From: Acidimicrobiia bacterium
Lineage (GTDB): Bacteria > Actinomycetota > Acidimicrobiia > IMCC26256 > JAENVU01
Assembly: GCA_036502405.1 (NCBI GenBank)
Contig: DASXYP010000065.1
Coordinates: 3,687-67,686, forward strand
DNA length: 64,000 nt
Reading direction: 5' to 3'
Within the stretch, counting starts at the first letter, position 1; every line of letters begins with the position of its first letter. Of this stretch, positions 10,463 through 19,290 are shown piece by piece. The position numbers and the translations under genes were made by a program. Below the pieces are notes generated by a model. It was not told the origin of the DNA, searched no databases, and saw nothing but the letters and a program-made list of their open reading frames with translations.

Positions 10463-10534
10463 CGCCTCATGGTACGACGGTGGCGGCCGAGCCGGGCACG
10501 TGACCTGCGTCCCAGGCCCCGAAAATCGGGCTCG

Positions 10535-10900
10535 ACGGAACTTGTCGCGTCGTTCCTCGTCATCGAGCCGGGGTACGTGCGCGACGTCCTCCACGGCTCG
10601 CCGACGATGCTCGCCCTGCTGCAGGCGACCTTCGGGGTGGGACTGCTCGCCATGATGATCGTCGCGTCCCGGTTCGGCGAGCGGGTCGCCCGCCTCAGGA
10701 TCGCGGCAGCCGCGGCGGCGGCGTCGGAAGTCGCCGCGGCGCGGTACATCGGCACTGCTGTGCCCGCGGTCGCGTTCTTCGGCATCGGCGTCTGGGGTTG
10801 CGTGACGGCGTTCTTCGTCGTGCCCGGACGCTGATGCAGCGGGCCGGTGTCGCCTTCGCCGCGGTGCCGATCGCGGTGGCCTGGTCACGTTGTGGCGCGT
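10535..10900 (+). pseudogene. MFS transporter fragment with frameshift
   Basis: Hydrophobic helices VIEPGYVRDVLHGSPTMLALLQATFGVG...FFVVP continue in another frame as RTLMQRAGVAFAAVPIAVAW; no N-terminal half. Confidence 0.55.
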
Positions 10901-11054
10901 GCGCCGCGATGCCCCGGCCTCGGTGGCCGGGCCGGCGCCCGAACCGCGGAGCCCGCTCGCAGAGGCATCCGTCCGTCCCGTCGCCGCCTGACCTGAAGCC
11001 GGCTGCGGGAGGGCCGGCTCCCCGGCAACGAGGCTCGGGCGCGAGACTCGCGAG

Positions 11055-11339
11055 ATGCCCGAGCGCCTCGATGACCCCACGATCACTTCCCGGCTCGCGA
11101 CGCTCGACGGCTGGTCCCGGGTGGACGACGAGATCTGCAAGCAGTACCAGTGCGCCAGCTTCCCCGACGCGATCGCGCTCGTCGTCCGCATCGGGTTCCT
11201 CGCCGAGGCCGCCAACCACCACCCGGACATCGACATCCGGTGGCGCACCGTCCACGTCGCGCTGACCACTCACGACGCCGGTGGGCTCAGTGCCTCGGAC
11301 TTCGACCTCGCGGCGCAGATCGACGAGGCCGCCGCGTGA
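11055..11339 (+). CDS. phhB: Pterin-4-alpha-carbinolamine dehydratase
   Basis: AEAANHHPDIDI, LTTHDAGGLS..DFDLAAQID. Confidence 0.92.
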   Translation: MPERLDDPTITSRLATLDGWSRVDDEICKQYQCASFPDAIALVVRIGFLAEAANHHPDIDIRWRTVHVALTTHDAGGLSASDFDLAAQIDEAAA

Positions 11340-11752
11340 TCCTCGCCGTGGTGCTCGTCCTGCTCGCGGCGCTGGTCGTCGCGGTGATCGTCGGCGTGGC
11401 GAAGGACCCCGGTCCCACCCCGATCGAGATCGCGCTCGGCTACGAGCACGCGTGGGACACCCGTGACTTCGACGTCCTCTACCGGATGTCGGGTCCGGAG
11501 CTGCACGACGGGCTCACCAAAGCGGAATGGGTCGCGGCCCAGCGTGCCGTTCACCTGAAGGTCGTGCCGGCACCCGAGCGCGTCGACGATGTGGCGGCCG
11601 ACGCGGAGCTCATTGAAGGGGAGGCGTCGGTGGTCACGACCCGGCTCACGCTGCAAGGCGGGCGCGTGGTCCACAACGAGGTGCGGATGCTGCGGCGGTC
11701 GCGGGCGTGGAGCGTCGTGGCCTACGAGCCCCTCGGATCCGGCGCGGGCTGA
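11336..11752 (+). CDS. Membrane-anchored hypothetical protein, possibly NTF2-like
   Basis: GTGA overlap, N-terminal TM helix, YEHAWDTRDFDVLYRMS. Confidence 0.7.
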   Translation: MILAVVLVLLAALVVAVIVGVAKDPGPTPIEIALGYEHAWDTRDFDVLYRMSGPELHDGLTKAEWVAAQRAVHLKVVPAPERVDDVAADAELIEGEASVVTTRLTLQGGRVVHNEVRMLRRSRAWSVVAYEPLGSGAG

Positions 11753-12324
11753 CCACGACCGAGGTTCCCGGGCTGCTGCTCACCGGCGGCGCCAGCTCGC
11801 GCATGGGAGTGCCGAAGGCGACGCTGCTCGTCGAGGGCGAACCGATCGCGGCCCGGCTCGCCCGGCTCCTGGCCCGGGTCTGCACGCCCGCGCTCGAGGT
11901 CGGTCCCGGCTACTCCGACCTGCGAACCGTGGAGGAGGCGCGCCCCGGGATGGGGCCGCTCGCCGCGCTCGTCGCGGGTGCCGACGCGGTCGGGGGCTCC
12001 GGGCCGGTGCTCCTCATAGCGTGCGACCTTCCGTTCGTCGGAGAGGCGTTGCTGTCGCGGCTCGTCACGTGGCCGGGCACCGGCACCATCGTCCCGGTCG
12101 ACCGCGAGGGGATGATGCAGCCGGTGTGCGCCCGCTACTCGCACGACGCGATCCGACGGGCGCGTGAGCAGCTGGCTGACGGCGAGCGATCGCTGCGCGC
12201 GGTGCTCGACGATGTCGACGTGACGCGCGTCGACGACGTCGACGAGCGCGAGCTGGTCGATGTCGACACGCCCGAGGATGCCCGGCGGTGGGGGATCGGC
12301 CCTCCCGGTAGCCTCGGCCCATGA
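11749..12324 (+). CDS. mobA: Molybdenum cofactor guanylyltransferase
   Basis: LTGGASSRMGVPKA, GPLAAL, IACDLPF, DVDTPED; start uncertain (CTG 11749 or GTG 11707). Confidence 0.88.
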   Translation: MTTTEVPGLLLTGGASSRMGVPKATLLVEGEPIAARLARLLARVCTPALEVGPGYSDLRTVEEARPGMGPLAALVAGADAVGGSGPVLLIACDLPFVGEALLSRLVTWPGTGTIVPVDREGMMQPVCARYSHDAIRRAREQLADGERSLRAVLDDVDVTRVDDVDERELVDVDTPEDARRWGIGPPGSLGP

Positions 12325-13169
12325 GTGCCGCGTCGGCCCGTCGCCCGGTGACCCCGGTCCGGGTGCAGGCGATCCTCGAGGAGCGGCTCGTCGACCGGCC
12401 CGACCGCCTGGTCACCGAGGAGCCCATGGAGATCCGGCTCCAGGGCGCGGGCCGGCCCGCGGAGGCGATCGCGGTCACCATGCGGACGCCGGGCCACGAC
12501 TTCGAGCTGGCGGTGGGCCTGTGCCGCACCGAAGGGCTGCTGCGCGGCCACGACGACCTCGCGGAGGTGCGCTACTGCGTGGCCGACGAGCTCGGCCAGG
12601 ACCAGGAGTACAACGTCGTCACGGTTGCGACCCGCAGCCCGGTCGATCTCGGCGCCAACCGGCGCGTGGTCGCGGCGGGATCCAGCTGCGGCGTGTGTGG
12701 CAAGGCGACGCTCGACGAGGTCGCGGTGGACTGCCACCCGGTCGCACCCGGCCCGCTCGTCGCGAGCCGCGTGCTGACCGCCATGCCGGACACGCTGCGT
12801 GCGTCGCAAGCCGTGTTCGACGTGACCGGTGGCCTGCACGCGGCGGGGCTCTTCGCTCCGGACGGCGCGCTGCGCGTCGTGCGCGAGGACGTCGGCCGGC
12901 ACAACGCGGTCGACAAGATCGTCGGGCATGCGGTGATGGCCGATCTGCTTCCGCTCGTGGACAGCGTCCTGGTCGTCTCGGGCCGGCTGAGCTTCGAGAT
13001 CGTCCAGAAGGCCGCGGTTGCGGGGATCCCGATCGTGGCGGCGGTGTCCGCCCCGTCGAACCTCGCGGTCGCGACCGCGGAGCGCTTCGAGCAGACCCTC
13101 GTGGGCTTCGTGCGCGACGGCCGCGGCAACGTGTACACGCATCCCGAGCGGATCGACAGCGGGCGCTGA
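12321..13169 (+). CDS. fdhD: Formate dehydrogenase accessory sulfurtransferase
   Basis: TMRTPGHDFELAVG, SSCGVCGK, TGGLHAA, REDVGRHNAVDK, SGRLSFE, SAPS. Confidence 0.95.
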   Translation: MSAASARRPVTPVRVQAILEERLVDRPDRLVTEEPMEIRLQGAGRPAEAIAVTMRTPGHDFELAVGLCRTEGLLRGHDDLAEVRYCVADELGQDQEYNVVTVATRSPVDLGANRRVVAAGSSCGVCGKATLDEVAVDCHPVAPGPLVASRVLTAMPDTLRASQAVFDVTGGLHAAGLFAPDGALRVVREDVGRHNAVDKIVGHAVMADLLPLVDSVLVVSGRLSFEIVQKAAVAGIPIVAAVSAPSNLAVATAERFEQTLVGFVRDGRGNVYTHPERIDSGR

Positions 13170-15412
13170 TGCCCTGGAAGGGGTCCGCGAAGGTCAAGGG
13201 GCCGAAGGGAACGCGCACGAGCCTCTGGGTCGGCTTCAAGCCGTACGGCGTCGGCGAGCAGAAGCCCAACCACTACGCCGACATGGCCAAGATCGCGTGG
13301 AAGAACCGGCGCAACCTGCCGTACGCGTGGCGCATCCTGAGCAAGGGCGTCTGCGACGGCTGCGCACTCGGCGTCGCGGGCTTCCACGACTGGACGCTGT
13401 CCGGTGTCCACCTCTGCACCACGCGGCTGAACCTGCTGCGTGTGAACACGATGGGCGCGCTCGATCCGATCGTCCTGCGCGACGTCGCGGCACTGCGGAA
13501 GCTGAGTGGCGCCGAGCTGCGCGAGCTGGGCCGGCTCCCGTACCCGATGGTGCGCCGGCGGGGTGAGGCCGGGTTCACCAGGGCGTCGTGGGACGAGGCG
13601 CTCGACCTGATTGCGGGCCGGATCCGGCGCATCGACCCCGACGCGTTCGCGCTCTACCTGACCGCGCGCGGCATCACCAACGAGGTGTACTACGTCGCGC
13701 AGAAGATGACGCGCGTCATCGGCACCAACAACGTCGACAACGCCGCACGCGTGTGCCACTCCCCGTCGACGACCGCGCTCAAGCGCACGATCGGCGTGGC
13801 CGCCACGACGTGCTCATACACGGACGTGATCTCCAGCGACCTGATCGTGCTCTTCGGCGCCAACGTCGCGAACGCGCAACCGGTCTTCATGAAGTACCTC
13901 TTCCTCGCCCGCAAGCGCGGCGCGAAGGTCGCAGTCGTCAACCCGGTGCGCGAACCCGGCCTCGACCGCTACTGGGTGCCGAGCAACGTCGAGAGCGCGA
14001 TCTTCGGCACCAAGATGGCCGACGAGTTCTTCGGCGTGCATCACGGCGGCGACATCGCGTTCCTGAACGGCGTGCTGAAGGTGCTGCTCGCCGAAGGTGG
14101 CGTCGACCGGGCGTTCGTCCACCAGCACACGACGGGGTTCGACCGCCTGCTCCGCGAGCTCGAGGCCGAGTCCTTCGCGGACCTGGAGGAGGCGTCCGGC
14201 GCGACCCGGGACGACATGGCGCGCTTCGCCCGCATGTACGCGGGCGCGCCGTCGGCGGTCCTGATCTGGTCCATGGGGATCACCCAGCACGCGAACGGTG
14301 TCGACAACGTCACGGCGATCGTGAACCTGGCCCTGGCCCGGGGCAACGTCGGCCGCAAAGGCGCCGGGCTCATGCCGATCCGCGGGCATTCGGGTGTGCA
14401 GGGCGGCTCCGAGATGGGGGCCTACGCGACCTCGTTCCCGGGCGGCGTCTCGATCGACGCGACCAGCGCGGCTGCGTTGTCCGAGACCTACAGCATCCCG
14501 GTCGGGGCACGCGACGGCCTCACCGCGGACGCGATGGTCGAGGCCGGGGCGCGTGGCAACGTCGAGGTCCTGTATTCGAGCGGGGGCAACTTCCTCGACG
14601 TGCTGCCCGATCCCGCGTCGGTCCAGGACGCGCTCGAGCGCGTGCCCCTGCGTGTCCACCAGGACATCGTCGTGTCGAGCCAGATGCTCGTGGACCCGGG
14701 CGAGGTCGTGGTCCTGCTGCCCGCGTGCACCCGGTACGAACAGGCCGGCGGCGGCACCGAGACCACCACCGAGCGGCGCGTGCTCTACAGCCCCGAGATC
14801 CCGGGCCCGCGCATCGGTGAAGCGCGCAGCGAGTGGGAGATCTTCGCCGACCTCGGCCGCCGGGCCCGGCCCGACCGCGCCCACCTCCTCGAGTTCGCGG
14901 ACGCGGATGCGGTGCGAGAGGAGATCGCCCGGGTGGTGCCCACCTACGCCGGGGTCGACCAGCTGCAGAAGCTGGGGGACCAGGTGCAGTGGGGTGGCAC
15001 GCGGCTCTGCGCGGGCGGTGTGTTCCCGACCGAGGACGGCAAGGCCCGCTTCTCCGCGGTCGCGCCGGCGCCGAGTCAGCGCGGTCCGGATCGCTTCGTC
15101 CTGAGCACGCGCCGGGGCAAGCAGTTCAACACGATGGTCTACGCCGACGTCGATCCCCTGACCGGCGCGAAGCGGGACGCCCTGTTCCTCGGCGCGAAGG
15201 ACGCGCAGGCGCTGGGCGTCGAAGAGGGGTCCGCGGTCCTCGTGCGGTCCGAGCACGGTGAGCTGCACGCCCGCGTGCACCTCGCCCCGATCCGCTCCGG
15301 CAACGTGCAGGTCTTCTTCCCCGAGGGCAACGTGCTGCTGCCCCGGGGCCGTCTCGACCCCGAATCCGGGGTGCCCGACTACAACGCCACGGTCGAGATC
15401 CTGCCGAAATAG
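13169..15412 (+). CDS. FdhF/YdeP family molybdopterin oxidoreductase
   Basis: CDGCALG, NNVDNAARVCHSPS, WSMGITQH, PIRGHSGVQG, TRRGKQFN; TGATG coupling to fdhD. Confidence 0.92.
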   Translation: MPWKGSAKVKGPKGTRTSLWVGFKPYGVGEQKPNHYADMAKIAWKNRRNLPYAWRILSKGVCDGCALGVAGFHDWTLSGVHLCTTRLNLLRVNTMGALDPIVLRDVAALRKLSGAELRELGRLPYPMVRRRGEAGFTRASWDEALDLIAGRIRRIDPDAFALYLTARGITNEVYYVAQKMTRVIGTNNVDNAARVCHSPSTTALKRTIGVAATTCSYTDVISSDLIVLFGANVANAQPVFMKYLFLARKRGAKVAVVNPVREPGLDRYWVPSNVESAIFGTKMADEFFGVHHGGDIAFLNGVLKVLLAEGGVDRAFVHQHTTGFDRLLRELEAESFADLEEASGATRDDMARFARMYAGAPSAVLIWSMGITQHANGVDNVTAIVNLALARGNVGRKGAGLMPIRGHSGVQGGSEMGAYATSFPGGVSIDATSAAALSETYSIPVGARDGLTADAMVEAGARGNVEVLYSSGGNFLDVLPDPASVQDALERVPLRVHQDIVVSSQMLVDPGEVVVLLPACTRYEQAGGGTETTTERRVLYSPEIPGPRIGEARSEWEIFADLGRRARPDRAHLLEFADADAVREEIARVVPTYAGVDQLQKLGDQVQWGGTRLCAGGVFPTEDGKARFSAVAPAPSQRGPDRFVLSTRRGKQFNTMVYADVDPLTGAKRDALFLGAKDAQALGVEEGSAVLVRSEHGELHARVHLAPIRSGNVQVFFPEGNVLLPRGRLDPESGVPDYNATVEILPK

Positions 15413-15614
15413 TGCCCCGACCGGCATCGACCGGCGGGTTCCCGCCGGCCAGGAACACCGCTCGCGGCGTCCTCGTTGCAGAAGCCCACCGCGCCCTGGT
15501 CCTGCGTCCTTGCGAGCCGCGCCCCGGCCTCGCCGTGAACATCGCCGTCGTCACCGGACGGAGCACCGGCCCGAGCCACGCGCTTCGGGCATCGTCTGCG
15601 AGAATCACCGCCGC

Positions 15615-16355
15615 ATGCATGAATCCCTGCTGACCCTGTTCGACAAGACCGCAGTGGCGATCCGCGACGCGGTGGCGCCGATCAGGGGGGAGCAGCGTCG
15701 GGCGCGGACCGACCGCCCCGGCCAGTACGCCATCGACGTCGTGGCGGACCGGGCGGCCCTGGAGATCCTGCACCGGGTGCCGTTGACGGTGGTGAGCGAG
15801 GAGTCGGGGATCACGGGCACCGCCAACGCGCCGATCACGGTCGTGATCGACCCGATCGACGGCTCCAGCAACGCGTCACGGGACATCCCGTATTGGGCCA
15901 CCTCGCTGTGCGCGCTGGACCGGGACGGTCCGCTCGCCGCGATGGTGATCAACCACGCGACCGGGTCGTCGTTCCGGGCCCTGCGGGGGGCGGGTGCGAC
16001 GCGCGACGGCGAACCGCTCGAACCGTCGAGCGCGACACGAGTCGAGGATGCGGTCGTCGGGATCTCCAACCTTCCGGGTCGGGTGCTCGCGTGGAAGCAG
16101 TTCCGTGCGCTCGGGTCGTGCGCGCTGGCGCTCTGTGACGTCGCGTACGGCGCACTGGACGGCTACTTCGACGCGGGCAGCGTCCACGCGCCGTGGGACT
16201 ACCTCGGCGGACTGCTGATCTGCACCGAGGCCGGCGTGACGATCGTCGACGCCGAGGACCGTCCGCTCGGCATCGCGGACCCGAACGCACGACGCCGACT
16301 GGTCGCGGCCGGGACCCCTCAGCTGCTGCAGTCGCTGCGCGCGGCCGCGGGGTGA
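15615..16355 (+). CDS. Inositol monophosphatase family protein
   Basis: VSEESG, IDPIDGSSN, RALGSCAL, APWDYLGG. Confidence 0.88.
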   Translation: MHESLLTLFDKTAVAIRDAVAPIRGEQRRARTDRPGQYAIDVVADRAALEILHRVPLTVVSEESGITGTANAPITVVIDPIDGSSNASRDIPYWATSLCALDRDGPLAAMVINHATGSSFRALRGAGATRDGEPLEPSSATRVEDAVVGISNLPGRVLAWKQFRALGSCALALCDVAYGALDGYFDAGSVHAPWDYLGGLLICTEAGVTIVDAEDRPLGIADPNARRRLVAAGTPQLLQSLRAAAG

Positions 16356-17143
16356 CCGACCTCGATCTCCCGCACCTGCTCGAGGTGGCGGAGGCCGCGG
16401 CGCGCGTCGGAGGGCGGATCGTGCTCGACGGCTTCGGAGCGGCGGCGAGCAACGTCCGGGCGAAGGCGCCGGGCGACTGGGTCAGCGATGTCGACACCGC
16501 CAGCGAGAACGCGGTGCGCGAGTCGCTGGCCGCGCGAGCACCGGACATCGCGTTCTTCGGCGAGGAGAGTGGCGGGGAGCGCGCGCCACTGCGCTGGTTG
16601 GTCGACCCGCTGGACGGCACCGCGAACTTCCTGCACGGGCTGCCCGCGGTGGGTGTGTCCGTCGGGTTGGTGCAGGACCATCGACCGCTCGTCGGCGTCG
16701 TGCACGCGCCGATGCTCGGCGACACCTACTGCGCCACGGCCGGTGGCGGCGCGACGCGCAACGGCGTCCCGCTTGCCGTCAGCTCACGCGCGCCGGCCGA
16801 GGCCATCCCCGCGACCGGGTTCCCGTTCCGGCACAAGGAGTGGATCGACGGGTACCTCGCGGTCTACCGGGAGACGTACTCGGTGGTCGAGGACCTGCGC
16901 CGGGTCGGCGCCGCCAGCCTCGACCTGGCGTGGAGCGCGGCGGGCGTGTTCGACGGGTTCTTCGAGCTGGGCCTGGGCCCGTGGGACGTGGCCGCGGGGG
17001 CGCTGCTCGTCCGGGAGGCCGGCGGGGTGGTGACCGACTGGGTCGGCGACCCCGACGCCTGGCTGGAGAGCGGCAACATCCTGGCCGGTCCCCCTGCCGT
17101 CCACGCCCGGCTGCTCGAGATCACCCGGGTGGCCGGGTTCTGA
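16352..17143 (+). CDS. Inositol monophosphatase family protein (SuhB-like)
   Basis: GEESG, WLVDPLDGTANF, RRVGAASLDL, PWDVAAG; GTGA overlap. Confidence 0.92.
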   Translation: MTDLDLPHLLEVAEAAARVGGRIVLDGFGAAASNVRAKAPGDWVSDVDTASENAVRESLAARAPDIAFFGEESGGERAPLRWLVDPLDGTANFLHGLPAVGVSVGLVQDHRPLVGVVHAPMLGDTYCATAGGGATRNGVPLAVSSRAPAEAIPATGFPFRHKEWIDGYLAVYRETYSVVEDLRRVGAASLDLAWSAAGVFDGFFELGLGPWDVAAGALLVREAGGVVTDWVGDPDAWLESGNILAGPPAVHARLLEITRVAGF

Positions 17144-17302
17144 GCCCGGGCTCAGGTCCCGGGCCGGGATCGCCGAATATTCGGTTGACGCCACCCACCT
17201 GGGTCTGATTGCCTACACTTCGCAGTCGAATCACCGTCATGTGATCCGTCGGCACCACCCGAAGTCCGCAGCCACGTCCGCGACGAACCGGAAGCCAGCA
17301 CG

Positions 17303-17476
17303 ATGCATTGCCACGCCGAGCTCCAGCACCAGGCAGCCTTCGGCGTCGCGCGCGTCCGTTCGGCCGGTGCGTACGTCACGCCGAAGCTGGGCTCGTGGTC
17401 GATTCTCCCCACCACCGGGATGAACAACGACCCGAAGACTCCCCGGCCCCGACGCCACCCGGTGACCTCGCCGTAG
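17303..17476 (+). CDS. Putative whiB7 leader peptide (uORF, 57 aa)
   Basis: Manual translation MHCHAELQHQAAFGVARVRSAGAYVTPKLGSWSILPTTGMNNDPKTPRPRRHPVTSP*; high GC3; ends 24 nt before a terminator. Confidence 0.65.
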   Translation: MHCHAELQHQAAFGVARVRSAGAYVTPKLGSWSILPTTGMNNDPKTPRPRRHPVTSP

Positions 17477-17500
17477 CCCACCCGCTACCGCACACCCACC

Positions 17501-17538
17501 AGGCCGTCGGGGCAACCCGGCGGCCTTTCTTGTGTTTC
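17501..17538 (+). terminator. Intrinsic terminator (attenuator) in the whiB7 leader
   Basis: AGGCCGTCGGG-GCAA-CCCGGCGGCCT 11-bp stem followed by TTCTTGTGTTT. Confidence 0.85.
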
Positions 17539-17596
17539 CGAACGGTCGCCACCCCGAACCCCGAACCGAGCACGACCGAAGAGAGAGGGCAAGGCG

Positions 17597-17941
17597 ATGA
17601 TCGCCATCGAGATCGAGATCGCAGAAGAGGAGCCCTGGCGGGCCGACGCGCTGTGCCGGGACGGCTCGGCGTCGCTGGTCGAGCTGTTCTTCTCGGAGCA
17701 GCTCGACGACATCGCACGGGCCAAGGCGTTCTGCCGGGGTTGCGCGGTCCGGGCCGAGTGCCTGGACGCGGCGCTCGACCGGCGCGAGCCCTGGGGTGTC
17801 TGGGGCGGTGAGCTCCTCGCCAACGGCAAGGTGCTCGCGCAGAAGCGGAAGCGGGGGAGGCCACCCAAGGTCGCCCCGCCGACGCTCCTGAACCCGGTCA
17901 TCCGGGTGCAGGACGTCCTCGCCCAGAAGCAGACGGCCTGA
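17597..17941 (+). CDS. whiB7: WhiB7/WblC-type Fe-S transcriptional activator
   Basis: Four Cys, EPWGVWGGE turn and C-terminal AT-hook KRKRGRPPK, typical of the WhiB7 class. Confidence 0.88.
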   Translation: MIAIEIEIAEEEPWRADALCRDGSASLVELFFSEQLDDIARAKAFCRGCAVRAECLDAALDRREPWGVWGGELLANGKVLAQKRKRGRPPKVAPPTLLNPVIRVQDVLAQKQTA

Positions 17942-17971
17942 GCCGCGGCTCAGGTCAGGTTCGCCGCATAT

Positions 17972-18052
17972 GGGCGGGCCGAGGTGACGCACAGGTCCGG
18001 GTCGGGGCGTTGTCCCCCCGACGCCCCGACCTCGACGAGCCTCGGCCTGCCC
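17972..18052 (+). ncRNA. Candidate structured RNA: long hairpin with a C-rich loop
   Basis: Outer stem GGGCGGGCCGAGG/CCTCGGCCTGCCC; inner stem GTCGGGGCGTTG/CGACGCCCCGAC; TCCCCCC apex at 18013-18019. Confidence 0.45.
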
Positions 18053-18140
18053 GCGGCCAATCCCTTCGGTTTCGGTGGTGATCGGCCGGGGGACCCTCCG
18101 GCAGTGAAGCGCCACGCGCGAACCCGTCGGGTGTGAAGGA

Positions 18141-19193
18141 GTGCAGGCGGCGGCCACCGCGCCCGAGGTGACTTCGCGCCGGGCCCACTGGTTCCCCTGG
18201 GTCGTCGGCCTGGTGGTCGCCGCGGTCGCGCTCGTCGTCGTCATCGAGCTCGCGGGCGGCATCAGCGAGTCGCTCGACGCGCTGGGCCAGGCCGACCTGT
18301 CGCTGGTCGCGCTGGGCGTCGGGTTCGAAGCGGGAAGCTTCCTGTTCATCGCGCTGTACCTCCGCCGGCTCGTCGGCGGCGACCCGCCCGTCCGACTCGG
18401 GCCGAGCTACTCGCTTGCCCTCGTGGTGTACGGCCTCGGCGCGATCACCCCCGCCTCACCGGTGGAAGGCGTGGCCCTCGGGGTCGCGGAGCTCCGGCGC
18501 ACGGGCCACCCCCGGCGTCGGGCGCTGTTCGCGCTGGGGTACTCGGAGTGGTTCAGCAACGCCGCGCTCATCACGATCCTCGCCGTCGACCTGGTGCTGG
18601 CGACGGTGTTCGAAGACGTGCGCCACGACGAACGGGTTCCGTTCCTCCTGCTCGCCGCGGCGTTGCTCGTTGCCCTCGTGATCGTCGGAGTGTTCCTCAC
18701 GAGCAAGCGCACGATCGCGGTGCTGGCGGCGGTGTGGAGTCGGGTGTGCTTCTGGCGGCCGCGCCCATCGGAGCAGGACCTGCGGGCCGCGGTCGAGCGA
18801 CTTCACGCGGACCGCGACGCGGTCATCGGCGACCGGTGGAACCAGGCTCGCCTGCTGCTGCTCGCCACCGGCGCCTGGCTGTTCGACGTCGCGTGCCTCG
18901 AAGCGTCGCTGCTCGCAATGGGTGTGCACGCCAACCTCGACCAGCTGATCCTCGCCTACGGCGCCGGCATCCTCGCGGCCGCGGTCCCTTTCGTCCCCGC
19001 CGGGTTCGGCCTCACCGAGGTGGCGATGCCCGCGGTCCTGCACCACTACGGCGTGCCGTTGGCCCCGGCGCTCGCCGGAGCACTCGCGTACCGGGCGATC
19101 GGGACGCTCCTTCCCGCGTCCTTGGGCGGGCTGTTCGCGCTGGGCATGCGGCGCCGGTCGCGCGGCTACCGTGATCTGCCCTCGGGCGCTTAG
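18141..19193 (+). CDS. Lysylphosphatidylglycerol synthase TM domain / YbhN-like flippase
   Basis: Multi-TM; PFVPAGFGLTE, ALAYRAI. Confidence 0.8.
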   Translation: MQAAATAPEVTSRRAHWFPWVVGLVVAAVALVVVIELAGGISESLDALGQADLSLVALGVGFEAGSFLFIALYLRRLVGGDPPVRLGPSYSLALVVYGLGAITPASPVEGVALGVAELRRTGHPRRRALFALGYSEWFSNAALITILAVDLVLATVFEDVRHDERVPFLLLAAALLVALVIVGVFLTSKRTIAVLAAVWSRVCFWRPRPSEQDLRAAVERLHADRDAVIGDRWNQARLLLLATGAWLFDVACLEASLLAMGVHANLDQLILAYGAGILAAAVPFVPAGFGLTEVAMPAVLHHYGVPLAPALAGALAYRAIGTLLPASLGGLFALGMRRRSRGYRDLPSGA

Positions 19194-19256
19194 CTCAGTT
19201 GGAAGAGCGCCTCCCTTACAAGGAGGAGGTCGGGGGTTCGAGCCCCTCAGCGCCCA
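19184..19256 (+). tRNA. tRNA-Val(TAC), CCA not encoded
   Basis: GGGCGCT/AGCGCCC acceptor stem, D arm GCTCAGTTGGAAGAGC, anticodon arm CCTCC-CTTACAA-GGAGG, T loop GGTTCGAGCC. Confidence 0.97.
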
Positions 19257-19290
19257 CTGATCCCGAATGACCTCGCCGGCGGCGCGACGG

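Noticed and set aside
10463-11269. N-terminal extension of the cyclase ORF to 1418 aa
   Set aside because: Overlaps phhB on the opposite strand; the zinc-ribbon ATG at 10462 has a correctly spaced -10
13169-15412. Selenocysteine recoding in the Fdh-like gene
   Set aside because: No in-frame TGA; the ligand position is Cys (RVCH)
15420-15600. QDQGAVGFC on the minus strand, similar to a papain-family active-site motif
   Set aside because: Too short, with no other supporting motifs
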